A stretch of DNA of 64,000 nucleotides, from the NCBI GenBank assembly GCA_910588405.1, contig CAJUPT010000003.1, forward strand, positions 43,765 through 107,764. The letters are read 5' to 3'. The notes beneath the pieces are model-generated. The model was not told the DNA's origin, made no database searches, and worked only from the letters and a program-made list of their open reading frames with translations. Below are positions 9,194-19,558 of this stretch, piece by piece. The stretch's first letter is position 1, and each line of letters begins with the position of its first letter. The DNA is from an uncultured Lachnospiraceae bacterium (GTDB lineage Bacteria; Bacillota; Clostridia; Lachnospirales; Lachnospiraceae). Both the position numbers and the translations under genes were made by a program.

Positions 9194-11581
9194 CTACCAA
9201 AACACTTTCACATATCTAAAATACCATCTCTGCGCCGGATTCAGCCTGCCCTCCGTATACCGGCAGGCCGCCTCGTAAACCTTCCACACCTGCAAACGCT
9301 CTTCCGGACTGGGCGCTCCGATTCCGAAGGCAGCGCGATCCACTGCCGCCATAGCTTGTCTGGCCATCTCCAAATCGATTTCAGAAACGGTCTGTTCCAG
9401 TCTGGCCGCACAGACCGAAGCCCCCTCCTGAAAGCTTACCGGACAGCCCCCCAGCCGCATCACCTGCTCCAATCGGGCATACAGCTCCAAAGGACCATAT
9501 CGTTTTTGCCGAATCAGAATTCTGTTTCTTCGTTTCTCCATCAGTCTCATTCCGCCATATAAGGCCCCGCTTACCAGAACCAATCCAAATAACAGCGGTA
9601 AAAGCCAGGCTTTAAGAGTTTGAAGCAATGAATCTGCATTTTCACCATTCTTCTGATTTTCCGTCCCGTTTCCCCCAGAACCATCCTGTCCGTCATCAGA
9701 AGCGGAGGCATCCGTTTCTGTTTCCGTCTCTGCTGCCGCATCACTTTCCTCCGCCCCCGAGCCATTGTCCTCTTCGTGCTGTTCCGTGTTTTCTTCCATC
9801 TCCATGCCCTCCGTCTCCTGGTCTTCTTCCAAAGGCATCTCCGGCATATCATCCAGTTCAGGAAAACCATCCGTATTCTGACCCAAAAATGCGCCTTCTG
9901 ACAATACGCCCGCTTCATAGGCTGAGGGCGGCGTCGCCTCCACCGGAATCCACCCCAGGCCAGCCACATAGATCTCCGGCCAGGCATGAGCCAGGCTGTC
10001 CTGCACCACACTATTCCAATTCCCGTCCTCACCTGGGGAAAATTCTGCCACAGGGGCAATATATCCCGCCACATAACGGGCCGGAATTCCATACATCCGG
10101 TACATCAGCACCGCTGTCGTAGCATAGTGGACACAGTACCCCTGCTTTCTCTCAAACAAAAAATATTCCGGAATTTCCTCACCGGCAGGAATAACCCCCG
10201 GTGTCATCGAATAGGAGGTCTGACTGCGAAGCGTTCTCAGAATAAAATCCGTGGCTTCCTCCCAGCCGGACACAGGATTCTCCCTGCAAAGCGCAGCCAG
10301 CCTGGGAAACCGTTCCTCCTCCACCTGGGTATACTGCTCATATACATAATACGTGTATACCTCTTCCGTCAAATCCATGTCCGAATAGGGGGCCTCCCTC
10401 ATCAGATCATAATAGTCCGCCAGCGAATACCAAGAAAACTGTCTGACATCCTCCTCCTCTCCCCGGAAAGCAGAAATATAAGGAGACATGCCATACCGGT
10501 TCCCATCCTGATATCCTGGCAGCATCTTTACCGCCATCCACCTACTCCGATTCCCCCCCTGATCCACCTCATAAGCTTTCTGGTAAGTCAATTCTGCCAA
10601 ATATTGTTCCAACTCCCTCTGTTTTTGAGGATTCCAGGAAGCCCTTTCCTCCAGAAACGTCGTCTCGTCCGCCGGCTGCCATGCATCCCCTCCATAAGCT
10701 CCGCCTGTAAACTGTCGCAGATAAATGGTTTGTTTCGGCTGTTCCGATACCTTCACAGCCGCCACATCCTGCCCGGTCACGTGGCGGTTCCCCCTGCTGA
10801 CATGCCCATCCTCCCGAAGAGAAACAGACACCGGCAGCTGCTGCTGAATCTGAAGGGACTGACGAATCCCCTGCTCCACTGCCAAAGGAGCCTGAAACAG
10901 CATCTCCCTTTTATACCAGGTCAGGCCGGAGGCAAACGGTAAAATACAGGCTAACAGACAGGTCAGCGCTAAAATCCCCCATCCCTGGCTGCGGCGCAGT
11001 GTCTCTCTGCCAACACACAGCATTCCGTCCCGTTTTCTATAAGCGCTTGCCGCCATCGCCCTGTCACCCAGATGAAAAAAAGCAAGCAGGCAGATGGCCG
11101 TCAGATCCGGTACACCGGTCAACAGTGGTTTTATCGCCACCAAAAGCCCTGTTACCGGGTAAAGTAGACTCCCCTTGCAGAAAATTACGGAAAGCCAATA
11201 CAGAGCTACCGACGACAGCAATATCCATGCAACCAGCAAAAAGGTCAGATCCATCCCCTGAAATCCATTGGGCATCCAACCGAACAAAAGCAGATTAACC
11301 GCCGCCGACAGCTGTACGCCAAGCCATCTTCCGCCGATCGCAAAAACTGCGCCGCAAAGAGCCATCCCGGCGATCCCGGAATACACACGCCGATTCCCGA
11401 TCATCCCGAACAGACACATTCCGCCGCAGCAAAGAAAGGCTACCAAATAGACAACCGGAGGATTCCAGCCAAAATCCGCCAGTGATGTAACGGCACGCAA
11501 CATTCCAAGCACGCCGCAAAAATAATATATAAACTCTCCCATATTATATATAAATCCACCTTTGTTCCAGCTCCCGGACAT
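9194..11581 (-). CDS. transglutaminase-like domain membrane protein (TgpA/DUF4129-type) with acidic low-complexity C-terminal region
   Basis: Multi-TM N-terminus. Transglutaminase core YCVHYATTAVLMYRMYGIPARYVAGY carries the catalytic Cys. Long E/D/T-rich segment. Last gene of the MoxR-DUF58-TGase triad. Confidence 0.8.
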   Translation of the reverse strand: MSGSWNKGGFIYNMGEFIYYFCGVLGMLRAVTSLADFGWNPPVVYLVAFLCCGGMCLFGMIGNRRVYSGIAGMALCGAVFAIGGRWLGVQLSAAVNLLLFGWMPNGFQGMDLTFLLVAWILLSSVALYWLSVIFCKGSLLYPVTGLLVAIKPLLTGVPDLTAICLLAFFHLGDRAMAASAYRKRDGMLCVGRETLRRSQGWGILALTCLLACILPFASGLTWYKREMLFQAPLAVEQGIRQSLQIQQQLPVSVSLREDGHVSRGNRHVTGQDVAAVKVSEQPKQTIYLRQFTGGAYGGDAWQPADETTFLEERASWNPQKQRELEQYLAELTYQKAYEVDQGGNRSRWMAVKMLPGYQDGNRYGMSPYISAFRGEEEDVRQFSWYSLADYYDLMREAPYSDMDLTEEVYTYYVYEQYTQVEEERFPRLAALCRENPVSGWEEATDFILRTLRSQTSYSMTPGVIPAGEEIPEYFLFERKQGYCVHYATTAVLMYRMYGIPARYVAGYIAPVAEFSPGEDGNWNSVVQDSLAHAWPEIYVAGLGWIPVEATPPSAYEAGVLSEGAFLGQNTDGFPELDDMPEMPLEEDQETEGMEMEENTEQHEEDNGSGAEESDAAAETETETDASASDDGQDGSGGNGTENQKNGENADSLLQTLKAWLLPLLFGLVLVSGALYGGMRLMEKRRNRILIRQKRYGPLELYARLEQVMRLGGCPVSFQEGASVCAARLEQTVSEIDLEMARQAMAAVDRAAFGIGAPSPEERLQVWKVYEAACRYTEGRLNPAQRWYFRYVKVFW

Positions 11582-12785
11582 AGGTATCCGGCGAAAACTG
11601 CGTCAGCAAACCGTCTCTCCCATACAGCTGAAGCTCCGTGTCAAAATACAGCGCATTTCGCTCACCTGCCTGCCCAAATGCTGCGGGCTCAGTCTGAAAC
11701 AAGCCGCCATCCGGCAGCGACTTTACCCAGACAGGGCGCATATGAACCAGCACAGCGCTCATCGCCAGATGCCCTTCCTCATCAGACACTGGCATCTCAG
11801 TCCAGCCATTCCTGCCATCATCATACCAGCAGACCAGATGAGAGATGCCAGCAGCCAGAAGCCCTGCTGACAATGCCGCGGACAGCTCACGAAACGCATC
11901 CGGCCTCCATGGCTCCATCTGCCTCCTCGCCGTGCGCAAATCCAGCAGCAATCGGGCACAGTACGCCTCCTGCCCTCCATACTGCTTGCTTAACAGCTCC
12001 TCCGTCCTGGCGCTCAGCTTCCAGTGCACATCCCGCAGCGAATCTCCGGGCTGATAGGAACGAAGCTGTCTGATCTCATAAGGGTCTGTGCCCGCAGTCG
12101 TTCCATGATCCCAGTCAGCCAACTCTAACCCTGTTATATTTTGGCGAAAAATTTCCAGGCTTTCCGGCTGAAACCGGGCCAAGAGTCTGGAGGGCAACAC
12201 TGTCAGCGTCGTCTCGGTACATTGTTCGTTAAAGGTTTTTCCGTTTAAGGTACTTTCATTTAAACTTCTTCGCTTTAGATTTCTTCTCTTTAAAATACTT
12301 CTGCCCTTCGGTGGTTTTCTCCAGCTGTCGAATCTCTTTTTACGCAAAAAGAAATTCAGGTAGTCTGATACCCACATCTGACGCAGTCTGACCGACACGC
12401 CACCACAGTAATCCACTGGCAGAGGAACAGAAAGAACCGCCTTCCCTCTGCCGGCCACAGCGCCCCGAAGCAGGATTTTCCCTAGAGCAGAGCAGTCCAC
12501 AACAGCCTGCAGCTTAGGAATCGGCAAAAAACCCCGGTTTATCACCGTCACATGAGCCTCTGCATACTCCCCCTTCCGCACCATTTCATTGGAAAGCCCC
12601 ACCGAAATCTGAAGACCGGCAATAAAATACCAGGTCAGCACATACATAAGTACCAAAATCAACAGCATAGCGGCGGACAACAGCAGCAAACCATACATAT
12701 GATACCATCCCGCCATATAATAGGCCGTAAGCATCAGCGATAAATATCCGCCCAGACTCAAAAGCCTGGAAATCCAGGCGATCAT
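11544..12785 (-). CDS. DUF58 family protein (vWA-like, MoxR-associated)
   Basis: N-terminal TM hairpin, DVHWKLSART motif, and position between the MoxR ATPase and the transglutaminase gene. Its start overlaps the MoxR stop by 4 nt. Confidence 0.75.
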   Translation of the reverse strand: MIAWISRLLSLGGYLSLMLTAYYMAGWYHMYGLLLLSAAMLLILVLMYVLTWYFIAGLQISVGLSNEMVRKGEYAEAHVTVINRGFLPIPKLQAVVDCSALGKILLRGAVAGRGKAVLSVPLPVDYCGGVSVRLRQMWVSDYLNFFLRKKRFDSWRKPPKGRSILKRRNLKRRSLNESTLNGKTFNEQCTETTLTVLPSRLLARFQPESLEIFRQNITGLELADWDHGTTAGTDPYEIRQLRSYQPGDSLRDVHWKLSARTEELLSKQYGGQEAYCARLLLDLRTARRQMEPWRPDAFRELSAALSAGLLAAGISHLVCWYDDGRNGWTEMPVSDEEGHLAMSAVLVHMRPVWVKSLPDGGLFQTEPAAFGQAGERNALYFDTELQLYGRDGLLTQFSPDTYVRELEQRWIYI

Positions 12786-13735
12786 TCCTTCACTCCCTTA
12801 GGCGTCGGTTTTTTGACACTTTGCAGCAATTGAGCGATCACCTGCTCCTTTTTTACCTGCTCCATCCTGGCTTTTGCATTTAACTGAAGTCTGTGGATGA
12901 CCACATAGGCATATTGGCAGCTTACATCCTCCGGCGATACATAATCCCTGCCCCGCAGCCAGGCAAACGCCCTGGACATTTTCACCAATGCCATCGTGGC
13001 TCTGGGGCTTGCGCCCATTTCCAAATATGGGTGCTCTCTGGTGACACGCACCAGCTGTAAAATATAGTGATAGACCGCATCATGGATGTAGATACGCTCC
13101 GCCTCCGCCTGCATCCCGGCAAGCTCAGCCTCCGTCACCATGGCCGACAGCCTGTCCGTCCGTTTTCCGCTGTCCATTCCCTTCGCCATCAAAAGCTCAC
13201 TCTCCATATCCGGGTATCCCATGGTCATACAGATCATAAAACGGTCGATCTGGGCCGGCGGAAGCATCTGGGTCCCCGCCGCTCCATAAGGATTTTGGGT
13301 GGCAATCACAAAAAAGGGGCAGGGAACCTGTCTGGTAACGCCGTCTACAGTCACCTGTCCCTCCTCCATAACCTCCAAAAGCGCCGATTGAGTCTTCGGG
13401 GAAGTCCGGTTAATCTCGTCCGCCAGAAACAAATTAGTAAACACCGTTCCCGGCTGATAGACGAACTGCTGCAAATCTTTTCTGTATATGGAAAAGCCCA
13501 CGATATCCGAGGGCAGCACATCGGGCGTAAACTGCACCCTGCGCCACGCTAAGCCAAACACCTTTGAAAGTCCCAGCGCCAGCGTGGTCTTCCCCACTCC
13601 CGGAATATCCTCTAAAAGAACATGCCCTCCTGCCAGCATCGCGGCCACAATCTCCGCGGTCACTTCCTCCTTGCCCAGGATCACTTTATTCAGTTCATTC
13701 AGCACTTCCCATGCTTTTTCACGCAATCCGCTCAC
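12782..13735 (-). CDS. MoxR-family AAA+ ATPase
   Basis: Walker A GVGKTTLA, Walker B/sensor motifs LFLADEINR and VIATQNP. 317 aa. Confidence 0.9.
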   Translation of the reverse strand: MSGLREKAWEVLNELNKVILGKEEVTAEIVAAMLAGGHVLLEDIPGVGKTTLALGLSKVFGLAWRRVQFTPDVLPSDIVGFSIYRKDLQQFVYQPGTVFTNLFLADEINRTSPKTQSALLEVMEEGQVTVDGVTRQVPCPFFVIATQNPYGAAGTQMLPPAQIDRFMICMTMGYPDMESELLMAKGMDSGKRTDRLSAMVTEAELAGMQAEAERIYIHDAVYHYILQLVRVTREHPYLEMGASPRATMALVKMSRAFAWLRGRDYVSPEDVSCQYAYVVIHRLQLNAKARMEQVKKEQVIAQLLQSVKKPTPKGVKE

Positions 13736-13862
13736 GAAAGCCTTCCTCCATACGACTTTTTGATTCTCATATCATATTAATACTTATAGTTAACTCAAAG
13801 TCAATCGGATAAATCTTACAGTTCTATTAAAATTAAGAGTGTCCCCTGTTACGCTCTCTTCT

Positions 13863-15278
13863 CTATTGCTTTTCTTCCTTTGTCTTACCCCCTTCAAAAG
13901 CCTTCAGCGCTTCCAGCGCCTCCTTTGACATAGGAAGTATCACAATAATATTGAATACCGTCATCAGGCCGACGCCCACATCCCCCAGATCCCACACAAA
14001 GGTATAAGCGGCCAATCCTCCGACAAACAGCATCACCAAAGCCAACAGCTTGTAGGCCGTCTGAGAAAACCAGTTGTCCCCAAACAGATAGGCCACATTG
14101 GGCCGGGCATAAAACAGAATGCCGATAAAGGTGGAAAAGCAAAACAGCCACAGCGTCAGAGCGATAAACACCACGCCGAACTGCCCCATATGATATTCCA
14201 TCGAGACCTGCAATAAATCCATACCGCCCAGCCCTGCCGTCATGGCCTCCGGAGTAATCAGCATAATCAATGCCGTACAGCTGCAGATCACAATGGTATC
14301 GATAAACACGCCCAGGGCCTGCAAAAGTCCGGTTTTCACCGGATGGGAGGTATCCCCCGCCGCCGCGGCACAGGGCGCGGAGCCAGAGCCGGCCTCATTG
14401 GAAAACAGCCCACGTTTCACCCCGTTCATCACCACAGCCCCAAAGCCTCCTGCCACAGCCTGGCGAAGCCCAAAAGCCTCCTGGAAAATGCGCTGAAACA
14501 CGGACGGTAAAACCGTGATATTTTTGAAAATCAAAAACACAGTCATCAGAAAATAGCAGACCGCCATCACTGGCACCAGAATGTCCAGAACCTTAACCGT
14601 AGCATTTTTGCGAAGCACAATCACTGCCGCCAGGAGAACCAAAATGATCGTAGTGTACAGAGGCGGAATATGAAAGGCATTTTGAAATGCCGAAGCCACC
14701 GAATTGCTGATGACCTGGCTGATTCCACACCAGCAGATCAATCCGGAAACTGCAAATAAAACGGCAAGCACCGAATAACGTTGTCTCTTACCGCCCCGCT
14801 TCTGCTCCGCAAAATGGTGAATATAGTATGCCGGACCACCCCGGTAGCCGCCGTACAGTGGATCTTTTTCCTTATGCAGCTGGGCCAGCGTAGCCTCGAT
14901 AAAAGCGGTGGATGAACCAATCAGCGCAGAGAGCCACATCCAGAACACCGCCCCCGCACCGCCTGCAGAGATGGCGGCCACAACCCCGATCATATTTCCC
15001 ATACCCACCCGGGTAGCCGTAGACACCACCAGCGCCTGCAGGCCGGAAATCGCATTGCCAGCCGATCCACTGCGCTTTTCCGTCATCGCCCGGACCATTT
15101 CCGGAAACATGCGGATGGGAAGAAACCGGGTCCGTACTGTAAAATAAATTCCTGTGGGAATCAGCATCAGCACCAAAAGAGAAATGCCAACAGAACCGCC
15201 GCCCGGAAGTGGCAGCGTGATCAGATCGCCCCACAGAAACTGATATACACTTGAAATTATTTTTACAATCATATCCAT
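13863..15278 (-). CDS. alanine/glycine:cation symporter (AGCS) family transporter
   Basis: AGCS N-terminal signature (ISSVYQFLWGDLITLPLPGGGSVGISLLVL...GIYFTVRTRF). Start set at MDMIVK (15278), 14 codons inside the tracked ORF. Confidence 0.85.
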   Translation of the reverse strand: MDMIVKIISSVYQFLWGDLITLPLPGGGSVGISLLVLMLIPTGIYFTVRTRFLPIRMFPEMVRAMTEKRSGSAGNAISGLQALVVSTATRVGMGNMIGVVAAISAGGAGAVFWMWLSALIGSSTAFIEATLAQLHKEKDPLYGGYRGGPAYYIHHFAEQKRGGKRQRYSVLAVLFAVSGLICWCGISQVISNSVASAFQNAFHIPPLYTTIILVLLAAVIVLRKNATVKVLDILVPVMAVCYFLMTVFLIFKNITVLPSVFQRIFQEAFGLRQAVAGGFGAVVMNGVKRGLFSNEAGSGSAPCAAAAGDTSHPVKTGLLQALGVFIDTIVICSCTALIMLITPEAMTAGLGGMDLLQVSMEYHMGQFGVVFIALTLWLFCFSTFIGILFYARPNVAYLFGDNWFSQTAYKLLALVMLFVGGLAAYTFVWDLGDVGVGLMTVFNIIVILPMSKEALEALKAFEGGKTKEEKQ

Positions 15279-15638
15279 CTTTTTTATCCGTCCCCTCAGG
15301 AAATAACTGTTATTTTGCATTACAAAATAACCATATTTATAATATCAGTATATAATACGGAGTAATATTTGTAAATTGATAAAAGAGATTCCAACAGACA
15401 ATCACAAAAAATAATCAATTTAATAGAAAAGATGTCAAATTCCTTTTAGAAATGAAACACACTGTACTATTCTGAAAGTCGATAACACTGGCAGGGCAGG
15501 CCATCCTTTCCTGCCCTTCGGTTTCCTGCTGCCTTTTTGTTTTTTTCCGGTTTTTTCTGCTTTTCAATTTTCTCTGCCAGTTTTCCTACTTTTCTGCCTC
15601 TTCCTGCTTTTCAGCAGCCTTCGTCCTCTTCCTGTTTT

Positions 15639-15995
15639 TCAAGAGTTTTCATCCTTTTCGTCCGTCTGCGCCTGCTCCTCTGTCTTATAATCTCTGATAT
15701 TACGGATCACCGGCTTAACTATCTCATACAGAACGTCACATTCCTCCTCGGTGCAGCTTTCCAAAATATCATAGATCGGATGTCTTGCATACTCCGTATC
15801 CTCCGAAACACGATCATTACGAACTCCAAAATAGAGATACTCAAAAGTCGTACGATAAAACACCCGCAACTTTTCAGCCAACTTTCTCGAAAGAGGTATT
15901 GCGCCGCGCTCGGCCTGACCATAATAATTGGACGTATACCCAATCCGCTCACAGAGTTCTTCCTGCGTCAGCCCTTCTCTCATACGCAGCTTCAA
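15639..15995 (-). CDS. XRE-family helix-turn-helix transcriptional regulator
   Basis: HTH motif LTQEELCERIGYTSNYYGQAERG. 118 aa with an acidic C-terminal tail. Confidence 0.75.
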   Translation of the reverse strand: MKLRMREGLTQEELCERIGYTSNYYGQAERGAIPLSRKLAEKLRVFYRTTFEYLYFGVRNDRVSEDTEYARHPIYDILESCTEEECDVLYEIVKPVIRNIRDYKTEEQAQTDEKDENS

Positions 15996-16519
15996 CAGCC
16001 TGTCCGCAATTGTTTTTCCGGCAGCTCAATATCTGGTTTTTTACGCATTACTCAGCACTCCTTTTTTATAATGGTACTGAATTTCCGCGCGTTTTAACAG
16101 TTATATAAACAGATGAGTTAACCATCATAAAACAACATGTAAGCAGATAAAATATAACTAAATGTGTCACTGAGAAGCATACCCTCACACTAGTGTACTG
16201 TCTGGCTTATATTCAGGCAAACCTCCTTGTCTATTTTCCTGATAGCACTGCTCCACAAGCCTCAGCGTAGCCACCGCTACGCCTACGTTTGTGAAACAGC
16301 ACTCTCAGAAAAATATTCTGCGGAGTTTTACCAGATATGAACCAGACAGTACACTAGTCGACAAATATCTATATATATAGGAAGTAAGCCTGTTAGGGCG
16401 AGAAAGTGGCCTGGGCCATATTTTTAAAAATGTTCTAAAGGATTGGAATATCTTCACTAATTGAACTCGAACTGAAATAACACAAAAGCAAAAATTTTGC
16501 GATCTGTAATCAGAGAAAA

Positions 16520-16855
16520 GTGGAGCAGGCGGGAATCGGACCCGCGTCCAGAAAACCATTCATTGTACTTCTACTATCATAGCTGTTTGTTTTACATTCC
16601 CTCCGGCGGGCGGCAAACAGCAGCCTTCCGCTTTCAGTAGCTTCATCTTACGCCCATATGCGCAAAGCTTAGCATATGTCGTTTCTCACATAATCGATGC
16701 CAGGTTCCCGACCTGTGAGTGCGCCGGGGCTGACAGCTGCTTTAGGCAGCGTATGCTAAATTATCTTCAGCGTTTATATTTATTGGTGTCATTTAACGCA
16801 TAACTGCGGATAGCTTCTCCAACTTCAAATCCCCTGTCGAAACCAGTACTGCCCC
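16520..16855 (-). ncRNA. ssrA: tmRNA (SsrA)
   Basis: Minus-strand 5' end GGGGCAGUACUGGUUUCGACAGGGG. The 3' tRNA-like end ...GGACGCGGGUCCGAUUCCCGCCUGCUCCAC is present as its reverse complement at 16521-16547. Internal tag reading frame ...GCT GAA GAT AAT TTA GCA TAC GCT GCC TAA gives AEDNLAYAA*. Lies immediately downstream of smpB. Confidence 0.9.
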
Positions 16856-16898
16856 ATATTCGATTGGATTTATAGTCTACCAGATTCCGGGCAAACTG

Positions 16899-17369
16899 TC
16901 AATACAAATTTTTCACCTTAAACTCTTTCTCCGCCTCCCTGCGTTGGTCCTTTTTGGCGATGTCATCCCGTTTGTCATACAGCTTCTTGCCCCGGGCCAG
17001 GCCGATCTCCACCTTGGCCAGACTTCCCCTAAAATAAACCTGCAAAGGAACCAGCGTATACCCTTTCTGGGCCAATGCGCCGCTTAGCTTGTTGATCTGG
17101 CTTCGGTGAAGCAGAAGCTTGCGCACCCGCAGCGGGTCCTTATTAAAAATGTTTCCTTTTTCATAGGGGCTGATATGCATGCCGTAAATCATAACCTCGC
17201 CTCTATTGTCAATGCGGATAAACGATTCCTTAATGCTACATTTCCCCATCCGCAGAGACTTCACCTCAGTTCCCGCCAAAGTGATCCCTGCCTCATAGGT
17301 ATCCTCTATAAAATAATCAAATCTGGCTTTCTTGTTGTTCGCAACCAGTTTAAAATGATCTTTTGACAT
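16899..17369 (-). CDS. smpB: SsrA-binding protein SmpB
   Basis: 156 aa with conserved [26 protein letters not shown]. Confidence 0.95.
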   Translation of the reverse strand: MSKDHFKLVANNKKARFDYFIEDTYEAGITLAGTEVKSLRMGKCSIKESFIRIDNRGEVMIYGMHISPYEKGNIFNKDPLRVRKLLLHRSQINKLSGALAQKGYTLVPLQVYFRGSLAKVEIGLARGKKLYDKRDDIAKKDQRREAEKEFKVKNLY

Positions 17370-17434
17370 ACTTACTCTCCTTTATCCTCCGAGCTTAAAT
17401 CACTGTGCTTCCTTGAAAGCTTACGAGTCTCTAT

Positions 17435-17475
17435 GAAAAAACCGCTTACAATCCTGTCATCGTAAGCGGTAGTTT
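17435..17475 (-). terminator. rho-independent terminator downstream of secG
   Basis: Stem ccgcttac/gtaagcgg (17442-17470) followed by TTTTTTC on the minus strand. Confidence 0.6.
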
Positions 17476-17600
17476 TGAGCACGTCTCTCCTTCGTCAAGT
17501 GAAATCCCCCGCAACAAGCTGCGTGGTATTTCACCTTCGCGGCAGCCGCCAAATATCCGTGCAAGCACGTCTACTTAACTCATTGCCAGCGGAAATCAAT

Positions 17601-17837
17601 TCAGATCATATTCAAAAGCAGCGCAACCACAAAAAACGCGATTGCCACATACTTTGTACTCTTCTCGATCTTCCCTTCAAGGGTACGCCCTTTATTCTTC
17701 TCCCAGAAGGACTCGGCAGCTCCGCTGATCGAACCTGTCAGACCGGCAGACTTTCCCTCCTGCGCCATTACGATTATGGTCAATGCAATGCAAATCAATA
17801 CAAAAACAACGGTAAGAACGATCTTTAATGCGCCCAT
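17601..17837 (-). CDS. secG: preprotein translocase subunit SecG
   Basis: 78 aa with two TM helices and a G-rich loop (LTGSISGAAESF). Lies between eno and smpB. Confidence 0.85.
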   Translation of the reverse strand: MGALKIVLTVVFVLICIALTIIVMAQEGKSAGLTGSISGAAESFWEKNKGRTLEGKIEKSTKYVAIAFFVVALLLNMI

Positions 17838-17953
17838 TTTTCACACCTCCTATGGCCAAACACGAAGTATCGTACCATAAATAAATAGAAATTTCAAGTC
17901 TATTGGACGAGTTTCCTCTAAAACTTTCTTCGATCATCCCTTACCTGAATCTC

Positions 17954-19276
17954 TTATTTTCCCGCCGGTATTTTCCAGTCCTCAAAGGGATTCTGATAAA
18001 TGGCCATCCGCCCCAGCGCGCCGTCGATCCTGAGCAGTTGATTGTACTTGGCGTTTCTGTCTGAACGGCAGGGCGCGCCGGTTTTAATCTGACCTGCATT
18101 GACCGCCACGGCGATATCCGCAATCGTGGCGTCCTCCGTCTCGCCGGACCGGTGAGAAATCACGCAGCGGTATCCCGCCTTTTGGGCCATCTGAATCGCC
18201 TCAAAGCTTTCCGTCAGCGTCCCGATCTGATTTACCTTGACCAAAATGGCATTGGCCGTATGGTTTTTAATTCCCTGGGCCAGCCGTTTTGTGTTGGTGA
18301 CAAACAGGTCGTCTCCCACCAGCTGCACCTTCTGCCCCAGCCGCTCGGTCATCATCCTCCAGCCCTCCCAGTCTTCCTCATGAAGCCCATCCTCGATGGA
18401 GACAATCGGAAATTCATTGCACAGACCGTTCAGATAGGAAACCATCTCCTCCGCGCTGCGGACCACCTTTTCCCCCTTCATCTTACTTTCTCCTGAGAAA
18501 TAATAGCCTCCCTCCTCCTCCGAATACAGCTCGCTGGAAGCAGCGTCCATGGCAAAGCAGATATCGTGCCCAGGACGGTAGCCTGCCTTTTCAATTGCCT
18601 GCATCAGATAGGTGAACACTTCCCTGGCATCCTTCATATCCGGCGCGAAACCGCCCTCGTCGCCTACTGCCGTAGAAAGTCCTTTCTCATTTAAAATCCC
18701 TTTCAGCGTGTGGTACACCTCCGTACACATGCGGATGCCATTAGACATACAGTCTGCCCCCACTGGCATAATCATAAATTCCTGCAGATCCACCGTATTG
18801 TCCGCATGCCTGCCGCCGTTCAACACATTCATCATGGGTACGGGAAGCTGTCTGGCCCGGAATCCACCCAGATAAAAGTAAAGAGGAACGCCCAGGGCTG
18901 CTGCTGCCGCCTTCGCTGAGGCCAGGGAAACACCCAAAATGGCATTTGCCCCCAGATTTCCTTTGTTCTCCGTTCCATCAGCCCGGTTCAGCAGATAGTC
19001 GATATTGCCCTGATCAAGGACATCCTGTCCCTTTAAAAGCTCGCAAAACTCCGTCATAATATGGTGAACCGCAATCTTTACCCCGTTTCCGTGGTAACGG
19101 TTCTCCCCATCCCGAAGCTCCACCGCCTCAAATTTTCCGGTGGATGCCCCTGATGGCACGCTGGCCCGGCCCATCACGCCATTTTCCAGCACCACATCCG
19201 CCTCCACCGTAGGATTCCCCCGAGAATCCAGTATTTCCCTTCCGTAAACTGCCGCAATTGAAAAAGCCTTTCGCAT
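17954..19276 (-). CDS. eno: enolase (phosphopyruvate hydratase)
   Basis: [20 protein letters not shown]..., SHRSGETED and other enolase signatures. 440 aa. Confidence 0.95.
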   Translation of the reverse strand: MRKAFSIAAVYGREILDSRGNPTVEADVVLENGVMGRASVPSGASTGKFEAVELRDGENRYHGNGVKIAVHHIMTEFCELLKGQDVLDQGNIDYLLNRADGTENKGNLGANAILGVSLASAKAAAAALGVPLYFYLGGFRARQLPVPMMNVLNGGRHADNTVDLQEFMIMPVGADCMSNGIRMCTEVYHTLKGILNEKGLSTAVGDEGGFAPDMKDAREVFTYLMQAIEKAGYRPGHDICFAMDAASSELYSEEEGGYYFSGESKMKGEKVVRSAEEMVSYLNGLCNEFPIVSIEDGLHEEDWEGWRMMTERLGQKVQLVGDDLFVTNTKRLAQGIKNHTANAILVKVNQIGTLTESFEAIQMAQKAGYRCVISHRSGETEDATIADIAVAVNAGQIKTGAPCRSDRNAKYNQLLRIDGALGRMAIYQNPFEDWKIPAGK

Positions 19277-19483
19277 AGATTTCCCTCCTATTTATAAGCG
19301 TTTTCTTACAGTATCTGTAAAACAGAAAAATCTATACGTGAAGAAGAATCCTGCGAAGCAGGATTCTGCGCCTGCTGCGGATCGCTCCAGCGACATTTCA
19401 CCTTTCTGCCGCACACCTATTACATTTAGCAAAGCATTAAACACCTTGCGGAACATTTTTTTCAGAGAACTGTCCTATTATGA

Positions 19484-19533
19484 TACAAAAGGGCAGCTAC
19501 ACAGACAAAAACGCCGGTAGCTGCCCTGCTTTT
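19484..19533 (-). terminator. bidirectional rho-independent terminator after the BI-1 family gene
   Basis: 10-bp stem gggcagctac/gtagctgccc with A-rich sequence before and T-rich sequence after. Confidence 0.5.
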
Positions 19534-19558
19534 AACCATAATTCTGTTATGCAAACGA

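Noticed and set aside
9986-10942. 318-aa plus-strand ORF, plus several 60-170-aa ORFs at 9356-11450
   Set aside because: All lie antisense or out of frame within the transglutaminase-like gene. Their composition is P/R/H-rich, typical of antisense translation of a GC-rich coding strand.
15490-15560. Terminator-like hairpin (gggcagg...cctgccc) followed by a T-tract on the plus strand
   Set aside because: No plus-strand gene ends nearby; the flanking genes (AGCS transporter, XRE) are both on the minus strand. The T-tract orientation does not fit them. It may be a fortuitous structure or a weak bidirectional signal.
15320-15640. Looked for a glycine riboswitch upstream of the alanine/glycine symporter gene
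   Set aside because: The conserved glycine-riboswitch core sequences (GGAGAG...CACCGAAGGGGCAA-like) are not present on the minus strand.
19338-19520. 60-aa plus-strand ORF between eno and the BI-1 gene
   Set aside because: It overlaps the predicted bidirectional terminator hairpin and the eno promoter region. No RBS; likely non-coding.
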